A DNA stretch of 64,000 bases from Balneolales bacterium (lineage in GTDB: Bacteria; Bacteroidota; Rhodothermia; Balneolales; DATFMH01), in NCBI GenBank assembly GCA_035267045.1, contig DATFMH010000147.1:5798-69797 (forward strand), in the 5' to 3' direction. The translations under genes and the position numbers were made by a program. Below are positions 8,354-17,043 of the stretch, piece after piece; position 1 is the stretch's first letter, and each line of letters opens with the position of its first letter. The notes beneath the pieces are model-generated. The model searched no databases and was not told the origin of the DNA. It was given only the letters and a program-made list of their open reading frames with translations.

Positions 8354-10066
8354 ATGTACGAACACTATCCGGCATGGGCCCGTGAATTGGCCTACAGATA
8401 TTTCAGTAAAACGATTAATCAGTTCATTCTTCACGGTAATGTCCGTGATTTCACTAATCTGAAAAATGAGAGTGGAACGGATTTTATCCGGTTAAAGACA
8501 TTCCTTTTTGATGAATTATTCGGATCCCGTGATATCGTTCTTTTCTATGACCGTTCTTCGGGGATTCAGTTTCGGGATAAAAAAAGTATGACGGATTTTA
8601 ACAGGGCCTTATCGGGATATGACAGCCTGGTGGGTACCGAATATCAGAAAAAGATGCCTAAGGACCCTGTTCGTGTTTTCTCTTTACTGGAAAATTATTT
8701 CAGGATTCGTCTGGGCGAAAATAAAAGCATTGCCGTTATCATCGATTATGCGGAAACGATTATACCAATGGCTGAAGGCGGCATGTCAAGTCCGGACGAC
8801 CGCACAGCTCTTGTGTACTTACAACGATGGGCACATGATCCACTGTTTCTGGCATCTGATTTTTCGACGGTTCTATTGACAGAAAATCTGAATGACCTGA
8901 ACCGGAATCTTATTCAAAGCCCGTATACAGCTGAAATAAGGATCGATTTGCCGGACGAGGAACAACGTATTGCATACATTAAGAGTTATTGCAGCGAGGT
9001 GGAGTACAAACAGATTTGTGAAGTTCCCGTAAATGTGTTGGCTCAACAAACTGCCGGTCTGAGTTACATCAACCTGGAGAGCTTATTGGCCAATGCCCGT
9101 GAAAACAAGACGATCATAACTTTCGATCAACTCATCAGGAATAAAAAAGAGTTGATTGAAGCGGAGGCGTATGGCCTTCTGGAATTTGTAGAGACAAAGT
9201 ATAACCTGGATGCGGTTGCCGGACATAAACAGGTGAAAAACCATCTTCGGGAAGCATCTAAAGCACTTAAAAACGGCCGGCATGATGTTATGCCTATGGG
9301 ATACCTGATCTGCGGACCGGTCGGTACCGGGAAAACATTCATGATTACTTGTTTTGCAGGTGAAGTGGGAGTGCCCATGGTGAAGCTGAAAAATTTCAGG
9401 AGTCAGTGGCAGGGGGTAACGGAAGGGAACCTTGAAAAAATTCTTCATCTGTTGAAGGCTATGGCTCCTGTCGCTGTCATGATCGATGAAGCTGATGCTT
9501 ACCTGGGCAACCGGGATACCAGCGGTGACAGTGGTGTTTCGAGTCGTGTTTTTGCACAGATTGCTCAATTTATGAGTAATACGGATAACAGGGGACGTGT
9601 CATATGGTTCCTCATGACTGCCCGGCCTGATCTCATGCCGGTCGATTTAAAAAGGCAAGGCCGGGCCGAAGAACACCTGGCTCTTTTTCATCCTTCAACA
9701 GAAGAAGAACGAACGGAATTATTTGTGGCTATGAAAAAGAAAACAGGTTTACAAATGACAGAAGATGTGGTTCCCAAAATCATAAAAAAGGGAACCAAAA
9801 CATTTTCAGGTGCCGATATGGAAGCGGCTCTTACCCGCGCCAAATTCAAAGCGGCCGCCATAGGGCAGAGTAAAGTCACCCCGGAGCTATTGGAAGAAGT
9901 GCTTAATGATTTCATCCCCCCGACTTACCCCGAAGAGATAGAGTTGCAAACCCTGACAGCTGTTTTGGAATGTACATCCCGTGAAGTATTACCGGAAACG
10001 TATCGTTCTATGAACCGTGGAGAGATCACACAGAAAGTGGAAGAGTTAAAAATCATGGTAGGGTGA
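8354..10066 (+). CDS. AAA+ ATPase, Ycf46-like, with degenerate N-terminal ATPase-like domain
   Basis: 570 aa. The C-terminal half has Walker A GPVGTGKT, Walker B VMIDEAD, a second region of homology, and GDSGVSSRVFAQ, which resembles the Ycf46 GDSGTTSRVFG block. The N-terminal roughly 270 aa has an AAA-like layout (AVIIDYAE...) but no P-loop. Confidence 0.75.
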   Translation: MYEHYPAWARELAYRYFSKTINQFILHGNVRDFTNLKNESGTDFIRLKTFLFDELFGSRDIVLFYDRSSGIQFRDKKSMTDFNRALSGYDSLVGTEYQKKMPKDPVRVFSLLENYFRIRLGENKSIAVIIDYAETIIPMAEGGMSSPDDRTALVYLQRWAHDPLFLASDFSTVLLTENLNDLNRNLIQSPYTAEIRIDLPDEEQRIAYIKSYCSEVEYKQICEVPVNVLAQQTAGLSYINLESLLANARENKTIITFDQLIRNKKELIEAEAYGLLEFVETKYNLDAVAGHKQVKNHLREASKALKNGRHDVMPMGYLICGPVGTGKTFMITCFAGEVGVPMVKLKNFRSQWQGVTEGNLEKILHLLKAMAPVAVMIDEADAYLGNRDTSGDSGVSSRVFAQIAQFMSNTDNRGRVIWFLMTARPDLMPVDLKRQGRAEEHLALFHPSTEEERTELFVAMKKKTGLQMTEDVVPKIIKKGTKTFSGADMEAALTRAKFKAAAIGQSKVTPELLEEVLNDFIPPTYPEEIELQTLTAVLECTSREVLPETYRSMNRGEITQKVEELKIMVG

Positions 10067-10106
10067 TTTCAGATATCAGTCAGCAGTTAACAATAAAGCT
10101 ATAACA

Positions 10107-11309
10107 TTATTTCCCGGTTCTGCTGATTTCATCTTCACGATCTTTCCATTGGATTTTGAAGTCCGAATCTTTCTTGAAAAGCCTGGATTTTCTAATCCAT
10201 TTATCATCCTGTAAAATCCGTACATATCCCTTATCCAATGGTTCATTGGGATTGTAACTCTCAAGAAGATAATGAAGGTTTTGATACCTATCTTTATTTT
10301 GATGAAACAAGGCATGTACGGTATTTTGCATTCTATATTGCAGTCCGTTTATCCGTTCTTTCTGGTGGTAGACTTTTTGACTGACAACGAGCAATCCATG
10401 TGCTTTTATCAGTTGTTGAACCCGTTCTTTCCTGGTTCTTAATATATCATGAACATTACGTTTCAATTTCCGATCCATATCATCCACATAAAAACGCAAT
10501 TCATTAATATCAGGTACAGCCATACTGGCAGCTTGCGTAGGAGTTGCCGCTCGTGCATCAGCCACAAAATCAGAGATACTGAAATCTGTCTCATGTCCCA
10601 CACCACTGATAACCGGCACTTCACAATCATACACTGCCCGGGCAACGGCTTCTTCATTGAATGGCCATAAATCTTCGAGTGAACCGCCACCACGGCCAAT
10701 AATCAACACATCAACATAGTTATTTTTCGAAAAGTAATTTATTCCCTTTACGATTTCAGGAGCAGCATTAACACCTTGAACACTGGCATGATATAAATAG
10801 ACAGTCACCAGAGGAAATTTTTTTTCAAATGTCGAACGGATGTCCTGAAAAGCAGCCCCGGTGGACGATGTTACCACTCCGATTTTTTCCGGAAAAGCGG
10901 GGAGTGGCTTTTTATGGGCGGGATCAAATAAACCTTCATTTTTTAATTTTTGTTTTAATTCCTCGAAAGCCTTTTGTAATGCTCCTAAACCCGCCTGTTT
11001 AACATAGGTTACGATAAGTTGGTATTTCCCGTGCGGAGGGTAAACCTGTATATCACCACCGACCACTATTTGTTGACCATGCAGCAGCTCTAAATTAAGC
11101 TGTTGTGCCGTACTTCTCCAAATCACACAGGGTAGTTGAGCCCTTTCATCTTTAAGGGTGAAGTAGGTATGTCCATTGGCACTCGTTTTGGGCTGGCTCA
11201 CTTCCCCCTGTACCAATACATCAATAAATTTTTCTTCGAGCGTTTGTTTTATGCTGCCTGTAAGTTCTGAAACCGATGGTATATGTAATGATTTCGTAAA
11301 CAGGTCCAT
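10107..11309 (-). CDS. xseA: Exodeoxyribonuclease VII large subunit
   Basis: 400 aa. It has an N-terminal OB fold (VLVQGEVSQPKTSANGHTYFTLKD), the catalytic core IGVVTSSTGAAFQD...RGGGSLEDLWPFN...PVISGVGHETD, and C-terminal helices. Confidence 0.9.
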   Translation of the reverse strand: MDLFTKSLHIPSVSELTGSIKQTLEEKFIDVLVQGEVSQPKTSANGHTYFTLKDERAQLPCVIWRSTAQQLNLELLHGQQIVVGGDIQVYPPHGKYQLIVTYVKQAGLGALQKAFEELKQKLKNEGLFDPAHKKPLPAFPEKIGVVTSSTGAAFQDIRSTFEKKFPLVTVYLYHASVQGVNAAPEIVKGINYFSKNNYVDVLIIGRGGGSLEDLWPFNEEAVARAVYDCEVPVISGVGHETDFSISDFVADARAATPTQAASMAVPDINELRFYVDDMDRKLKRNVHDILRTRKERVQQLIKAHGLLVVSQKVYHQKERINGLQYRMQNTVHALFHQNKDRYQNLHYLLESYNPNEPLDKGYVRILQDDKWIRKSRLFKKDSDFKIQWKDREDEISRTGK

Positions 11310-11395
11310 GTATGATAATATTATTTTTCTAAAATTAGATTCATCATAAAATATAGGAAGATCGGAATAACTTCATAGAAGATTATGATGAATAT

Positions 11396-11428
11396 AAAAA
11401 AAGAGACCGGTCAGGGGGGTGACCGGCC
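11396..11428 (-). terminator. Rho-independent terminator downstream of the Rieske/FAD oxidoreductase gene
   Basis: The minus strand reads GGCCGGTCA-CCCCCC-TGACCGGTC followed by TCTTTTTTT. The perfect 7-bp core stem CCGGTCA/TGACCGG pairs 11407-11413 with 11420-11426. Confidence 0.7.
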
Positions 11429-11530
11429 TCATGTGGAGGGGGATTAGGAGGGTTGTGTCAATCTAAATATGTAACGCCCTTTAATAATAAAAATTATATG
11501 AAAACTTAATTTTTTTTAATCTATTCTGTA

Positions 11531-13120
11531 TCAGACTGATGCCTGAGTCAATTCACTTAACGCATCTATTTTATTTTTTTGGATTTTTGAAGGTTCGGGT
11601 ATGAGATCGAATTGCATCAATTCCTGTATAGCCGCGATTTCCTTCTCTCTGTTTGGAGTAGCCGCAGCCAATATTTTATCATCTTTTACGAAATAAGCCA
11701 TGAAATCACCAGATGATACATCACCATCAATGATCAGGTTATCCCACTTTTGTACATGTCCCACATATAACAAATGAGCTTTTGCCTGATCAGTCCAGAA
11801 AAATGGAATGCGCTTGAATGGCACATTGTGATCGAGCATGTTATGTGCTGCTATACGGCCTTGTTGTTGTGCCAGGCGCCAGTGTTCGATCCTTATTTTT
11901 TCACCCGTACGGAAATCAGGATACATGGCAATATCACCGGCGGCAAATACATGTTCAGCTGCTTTAAGATTTGAATTTACGTTTATGCTGCGATCATCAT
12001 TGAGATCGAAATCTTTTAAAAATTCGGTAACAGGATCCACACCAATTCCGATAAGTACAAAATCAGCATTAAGACCGGAACCATCCTCTAATATTACTTT
12101 CGATATATTTGAATCACCCTCAAAATTTTTAACACTTGAATTCAATTTAAATGTGACGCCATTATTTTCGTGCGTTTGTTGTATCCATTTCCCGATTTCT
12201 TTACCAAAAATATGTTCAAAAGGTACAGCTTCAGGTGCTACAACTGTGACATTAAGCCCTTGTTTAGTCAGACTCGCAGCTGCCTCTAATCCAATGAAAC
12301 TTGCCCCTATGATTACGGCTTTTTTAGCATCTTCAATGGATTTTAATATTGAATCGGCATCGTCAAATGTTCGAAGTAAATGAATATTCTTCAGATCGGA
12401 ACCCGGGACATTCAATGTGCGTGGTCGTCCGCCGGTGGCAAGCAGTAAGCGATCAAACTTGAGTATTTTATTATCTGTAAACAGGATCTCATGGCTTTGA
12501 ATGTCGACTTCAGAGACTTCCTTATGAATTATTTCAATATCCGCATTATCATAAAAGTCGGAAGAACGCAAAGGCATCCATTCATCAGGTGCATCGCCGC
12601 TCAGATATTCCTTGCTCAAATTCGGCCGATCATAAGGGAGCCGGTTTTCTCGCGTGATCATGAGAATGCGGCCTTCGAATTTCTCTTTTCGTAATGTTTC
12701 GGCGGCCGATTCACCAGCCGCTCCTGCGCCAAGGATGACAAAGGTACGATCATCTTTATCCGGGTTATAAGAACTCATTTTATGTTTTTGTCGGCCTGAG
12801 AAGCTGTCAGGCAACTCAACGATAACATCATTGTCTTTTATTCTTACCGGAAATGTCGACAAATCATCCAGAGCCGGAGGATCATCATTATTACCGTTAG
12901 TCAAATCAAATGATGCATGATGCCAGGGACAAACGACCTTTTTATTTTTCAACACACCTGTTGATAATGGAGCCCCGTAATGGGTACAGGAAGCACCTGT
13001 AGCATAAAATTTTCCATCAATACGGCTGAGTAAAATTTTGTTTTCCCCAATCGTAATTTCTTTCATTTCACCATCATGTAACTCATCTTTATGGGCAACA
13101 ACTTTTGCTTGTTCACTCAT
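11531..13120 (-). CDS. Rieske [2Fe-2S] domain fused to FAD/NAD(P)-dependent pyridine nucleotide-disulfide oxidoreductase (AIF/ferredoxin-reductase-like)
   Basis: 529 aa. The N-terminal Rieske motifs are CTHYGAPL and CPWHHASF. These are followed by the FAD fold ILGAGAAG, the NAD fold IIGASFIGLE, and AAGD. Confidence 0.85.
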   Translation of the reverse strand: MSEQAKVVAHKDELHDGEMKEITIGENKILLSRIDGKFYATGASCTHYGAPLSTGVLKNKKVVCPWHHASFDLTNGNNDDPPALDDLSTFPVRIKDNDVIVELPDSFSGRQKHKMSSYNPDKDDRTFVILGAGAAGESAAETLRKEKFEGRILMITRENRLPYDRPNLSKEYLSGDAPDEWMPLRSSDFYDNADIEIIHKEVSEVDIQSHEILFTDNKILKFDRLLLATGGRPRTLNVPGSDLKNIHLLRTFDDADSILKSIEDAKKAVIIGASFIGLEAAASLTKQGLNVTVVAPEAVPFEHIFGKEIGKWIQQTHENNGVTFKLNSSVKNFEGDSNISKVILEDGSGLNADFVLIGIGVDPVTEFLKDFDLNDDRSINVNSNLKAAEHVFAAGDIAMYPDFRTGEKIRIEHWRLAQQQGRIAAHNMLDHNVPFKRIPFFWTDQAKAHLLYVGHVQKWDNLIIDGDVSSGDFMAYFVKDDKILAAATPNREKEIAAIQELMQFDLIPEPSKIQKNKIDALSELTQASV

Positions 13121-13454
13121 ATAAAATGTTCTCCAATTATTTTAACCTGTACTATTTATTGTATGATGAGAAACAGTTTAAAGTGGTAATCAATTCCATG
13201 ATGTTGTTAAAAAACATTAAATGGGAAGCAGGTTTTTTGTTAATTATTAAATATTTTGAGAGAATGGGAATGATTATTAAGAATATAATCTCACATCATC
13301 CTTTTTATAACAGTTTTAAGGCAGTTAATATCTCTTTAAACCGTATAAACTGTAAATTACAGTATCAGCAGAAAAGAATTTAAATAATTATTGGTCAGTC
13401 TGAAGTAAATACAATAAATTTGATCGGCAAATAGAATAAAACAAAATATTTAAG

Positions 13455-14750
13455 ATGAATACGATTCCGGACATTATTTTAAAAAATGTTATAGTGGCGA
13501 CCTCTGAAAATATCGGCAGTGAACCGGTCGATATAGGTATCAAGAATGGCCTTATAGCAGCAATTGATTCTGAAATAAAACCTGATAATGGTCAGAAAGT
13601 TCATGATTTTGATGGTGCTTTTGTATCGCCGGGCTGGATGGACATGCACGTACATTTCAGGGAACCTGGTTACGAACATAAAGAAACCATTAAAACCGGA
13701 ACGGAAGCTGCAGCATTCGGAGGCTTTACGGCTGTTGCTTGTATGCCAAATACAAAACCACCTATTCATACACGTGATGTCGTGGAATTCATCGTAAATA
13801 AAGCAAAACCTTTACCCGTTGACGTATTTCCCATAGCATGTGTATCGAAAGAAAGGAAAGGGAAGAGTATTTCCGAAATGGCGGATTTAAAGGAGGGTGG
13901 AGCGGTTGCTTTCAGTGACGACGGTGACCCGGTTTATAATTCCCATTTGATGCGTATCGCACTTGAATACTCATCCATGCTCGATATGCCAATAATTAAT
14001 CATGAAGAAGATCTGGAGTTATCCCGGCCCGGTTACATGAACGAGGGAAAAGTATCGGCCCGTTTGGGTATAGCCGGTACACCCGGAATTGCCGAGGAAG
14101 TGATGATAGCGCGGGACATCATGATTGCTGAATTGACAGGAGGACATATACATGTGGCCCACATCAGTACAGCCAAAGGGGTCGAACTTGTGCGCCAGGC
14201 AAAAGCACGGGGGATTCATGTAACAACCGAGGTTTGTGCACATCATATCGATCTTACCGAGGATGAAATTGAGAAAAGAGATTTTGATACCAACTGTAAA
14301 ATGCATCCTCCTTTGCGAACTGAAGAAGACAGACTTGCTGTCATAGAGGGATTGAAGGATGGTACCATCGATGCTTTATGTACCGATCATGCTCCACATG
14401 CTGTTGAAGAGAAAGATGTGGAGTTTATCTATGCTCCGAATGGTATTATTGGTTTGGAAACGGCATGGCCGGTATCAGTCAAACGGCTCTATCAGTCAAA
14501 AGATATGGATCTAAAAGCAATATTAGCCAAGTTTATTGATAATCCCAGAAAGATACTTCATATCGATGTACCAAAAGTTGAGGTAGGCAAGGATGCCAAT
14601 CTTACATTCTTTAATGTGGATGAAAAGTGGAATTTTGAAGAGAAACATATACACTCCAAATCGAAAAATACTCCATATGTAGGGACTGAGATGATTGGCC
14701 GGTCACTTGGCATTTATAACAAAGGACAACTGGTATTGAATGAGATTTAA
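13455..14750 (+). CDS. pyrC: Dihydroorotase (amidohydrolase, multifunctional-complex type)
   Basis: 431 aa. Motifs are PGWMDMHVHFREPG (the HxH metal site), MPNTKPP, HVAHIST, and CTDHAPH with the catalytic Asp. Confidence 0.9.
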   Translation: MNTIPDIILKNVIVATSENIGSEPVDIGIKNGLIAAIDSEIKPDNGQKVHDFDGAFVSPGWMDMHVHFREPGYEHKETIKTGTEAAAFGGFTAVACMPNTKPPIHTRDVVEFIVNKAKPLPVDVFPIACVSKERKGKSISEMADLKEGGAVAFSDDGDPVYNSHLMRIALEYSSMLDMPIINHEEDLELSRPGYMNEGKVSARLGIAGTPGIAEEVMIARDIMIAELTGGHIHVAHISTAKGVELVRQAKARGIHVTTEVCAHHIDLTEDEIEKRDFDTNCKMHPPLRTEEDRLAVIEGLKDGTIDALCTDHAPHAVEEKDVEFIYAPNGIIGLETAWPVSVKRLYQSKDMDLKAILAKFIDNPRKILHIDVPKVEVGKDANLTFFNVDEKWNFEEKHIHSKSKNTPYVGTEMIGRSLGIYNKGQLVLNEI

Positions 14751-14867
14751 TGCCGGATATCATAATTAAAAAAATATTAGATACAGATTTACGCAGATTC
14801 AGGCAGGTTTTGTTGAATTAATGACAATCTTATTGGTTAATGACAAATATTGAGCTTCCCTTACAAC

Positions 14868-14891
14868 GTTCCGGGACATCAGCCCCGGAAC
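14868..14891. other. GC-rich hairpin in the pyrC/M16 convergent spacer (possible bidirectional terminator lacking a U-tract)
   Basis: GTTCCGGG (14868-14875) pairs perfectly with CCCGGAAC (14884-14891) around an 8-nt loop. There is no T-run on either side. Confidence 0.4.
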
Positions 14892-14910
14892 GAAGTGAGG
14901 AAGGTATTAC

Positions 14911-16992
14911 TTAGTTTATTGATACTTTATTATAATCTGATTCCGAAGCTTTTTTACCATTTTGAGTGGTCACTTCTTTGAAAGCATAGGAAATTCCATC
15001 AACTGTTTTCCAGTCAGAGAAGGTCGTTTTAACTTTGACTTTACCGCCTGCCGCAGGACTATACGTTGTATATTGCATGTATTGTGGTAATCCTGTAGAT
15101 GTATCAATAAAGAAGTGAACAGGCTTTTTTTGCGGTATTTTAATCTCTGCTAACTTTGTCCCATCAACTGTTTTCATGCCCATAAATTCTGGTTTTTCAC
15201 TTTTACTGTTAAGAGCAATGGAAAGGTAATTACGTTTTAAGGATTCTGATAAAATCTCAGCTAATTGTGGTGGCGAGGGCAGAGTGCGGTCTCCAAATTT
15301 CCGCTCTACTTTCCCATCTTTCAGCGTCATGGTTACGGTTCCGCCGGGAGTATTTATTTTGGTCGTCATTTGGTCCGGAAACGTTACTGTACTCGTGGCA
15401 GACATGGTCATTTTACCACCGGGGAGCTGAGCGTTGTATTGTGTACTTTGCTCGGATGTCGTGACACTTTTAAATTTTTTCCCGTCTTTGAGAATGGCAT
15501 TGGCCATTTTCTCTAACCAGAATTGTCCTTGTTTAACGTCACCCTTTGCTGAAGTGGCATTATCACTTACATTAGGTTCAGGTATTGTAATGTCTATGTC
15601 GTTAACTTTCCCGTATTTCTGCAATTGATCACCGATTTGCTGTTTATTACCGACAACCAAAATCTGCATTTTATCGGGCTTTAAGTATTTTTTTGCCACA
15701 CGCTGCACATCTGCGATGGTCACAGCTTTCACATTATTGACATATTTTTCAAATGCATCGGACGGCATGCCATCATAGGCATTTTGCATTTTTTTGTTCA
15801 GAATCTTCGACCGGCTGTCATAACGGAAGACCAGGGAATTAAGGAATTGTTCTTTTGTATCCTTTAACTCTTTTTCAGTGATTGGTTTCTGCTGCAATTT
15901 CACTATTTCGTTTTTAACGGCATCGATAGCCTTGGCAGTAGTGGCACTTTTGGTCATGACACCGGCATAGAACACACCGGGATAAAACACATTACTGTTA
16001 TAATTGCCGAAAACGGCATAAGCCAAACCAAGGTCGGTTCTGACGTGCTGCATAAGTCTTCCGGAAAAACCACCGCTTAAGACCTGGTTCATAACCTGCA
16101 GTGCTGCATAATCAGGATTCTTCCGAAATCCACCCAAATGTCCCATCAAAACAACGCTTTGATTAATATTCGATTTATTAATAAAATTGATGGTTTGAGC
16201 ATAATTATAATTAACTTTTGGGAATTCTAAATTCGTAGATTTGCCTTTGGGATAATGATCAAAGGTCTTTTTCAATATTTTTTTCATGGATTTAATATTG
16301 AAATCACCTACGATGCCAATCATGAGGTTACTTCCGCCAAAAGCTGATTGGTGATATGCTATCATATCATTACGTTTGATGTTATCAATCGTCTGATATT
16401 GTTCAAGACGGCCATAAACGGAATGCGGCCCATATATCAGCCTGCGGAACTCCCGAAAAGCAATGCTTTGGGAATCGTCATTACGTCTTGAAATAGAACT
16501 TTTCAGCCTTTTCTTAGCCAGTTCTATTTTATCCTTGGGAAATGAAGGATGCCGGAGAACATCAATGAAAATGGGCAGTAATGAATCGAAATCCTTCTTA
16601 AGGACATTCAAGTTAGCTGATCCGGAAGTCGTACCAATGCTGATGCTCATTTTTGCGGCATGATCTTCAAGAATCTTATTTAAGCTATCGGCCGGATATT
16701 TTTCAGAACCACCATTGCGCATTACCATACCGGTTAAATCGGCAAGGCCGACTTTGCCAGATGGATCCAGAATGGAGCCGGTCCGGACCATAGCATGGAG
16801 ATTAATCAACGGTAATTCGTGATCTTCCAACAGATAAAACGTTATACCGTTTCTTAGTTTAAAAGTCTCAACTTTCGGGATATTATATGATTTCAGTTTA
16901 GGGTATGTAAGCTGATCATATTTTTGCTGAGCGAAGACGGTCGTACATCCGACAATAAAAAAGACGAAGAGAAAAGTTTTTAATGTTTTCAT
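14911..16992 (-). CDS. M16-family peptidase, non-catalytic subunit type, with extra C-terminal beta-rich domain
   Basis: The track ORF runs 14911-17025. I prefer ATG 16992, which gives MKTLKTFLFVFFIVGC, a signal/lipobox-like N-terminus. The M16 fold is present but the HxxEH site is replaced (LADLTGMVMRNG). About 220 additional C-terminal residues are rich in T/K/G beta-strand pattern. Confidence 0.75.
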   Translation of the reverse strand: MKTLKTFLFVFFIVGCTTVFAQQKYDQLTYPKLKSYNIPKVETFKLRNGITFYLLEDHELPLINLHAMVRTGSILDPSGKVGLADLTGMVMRNGGSEKYPADSLNKILEDHAAKMSISIGTTSGSANLNVLKKDFDSLLPIFIDVLRHPSFPKDKIELAKKRLKSSISRRNDDSQSIAFREFRRLIYGPHSVYGRLEQYQTIDNIKRNDMIAYHQSAFGGSNLMIGIVGDFNIKSMKKILKKTFDHYPKGKSTNLEFPKVNYNYAQTINFINKSNINQSVVLMGHLGGFRKNPDYAALQVMNQVLSGGFSGRLMQHVRTDLGLAYAVFGNYNSNVFYPGVFYAGVMTKSATTAKAIDAVKNEIVKLQQKPITEKELKDTKEQFLNSLVFRYDSRSKILNKKMQNAYDGMPSDAFEKYVNNVKAVTIADVQRVAKKYLKPDKMQILVVGNKQQIGDQLQKYGKVNDIDITIPEPNVSDNATSAKGDVKQGQFWLEKMANAILKDGKKFKSVTTSEQSTQYNAQLPGGKMTMSATSTVTFPDQMTTKINTPGGTVTMTLKDGKVERKFGDRTLPSPPQLAEILSESLKRNYLSIALNSKSEKPEFMGMKTVDGTKLAEIKIPQKKPVHFFIDTSTGLPQYMQYTTYSPAAGGKVKVKTTFSDWKTVDGISYAFKEVTTQNGKKASESDYNKVSIN

Positions 16993-17043
16993 AATAAAAT
17001 AATTTCTTTCAGTAATTGACACCAAATCAAGTTGTTTGAAGGT

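Noticed and set aside
11838-12383. A 181-aa ORF lies antisense to the Rieske/FAD oxidoreductase gene.
   Set aside because: The sense strand carries clear FAD/NAD Rossmann motifs. The antisense product has no recognisable features.
13105-13383. A 92-aa ORF lies in the AT-rich spacer between the oxidoreductase gene and pyrC.
   Set aside because: It starts inside the 5' end of the opposite-strand gene. Its N/K/I/Y/F-rich composition is typical of AT-rich non-coding DNA, and no motif is present.
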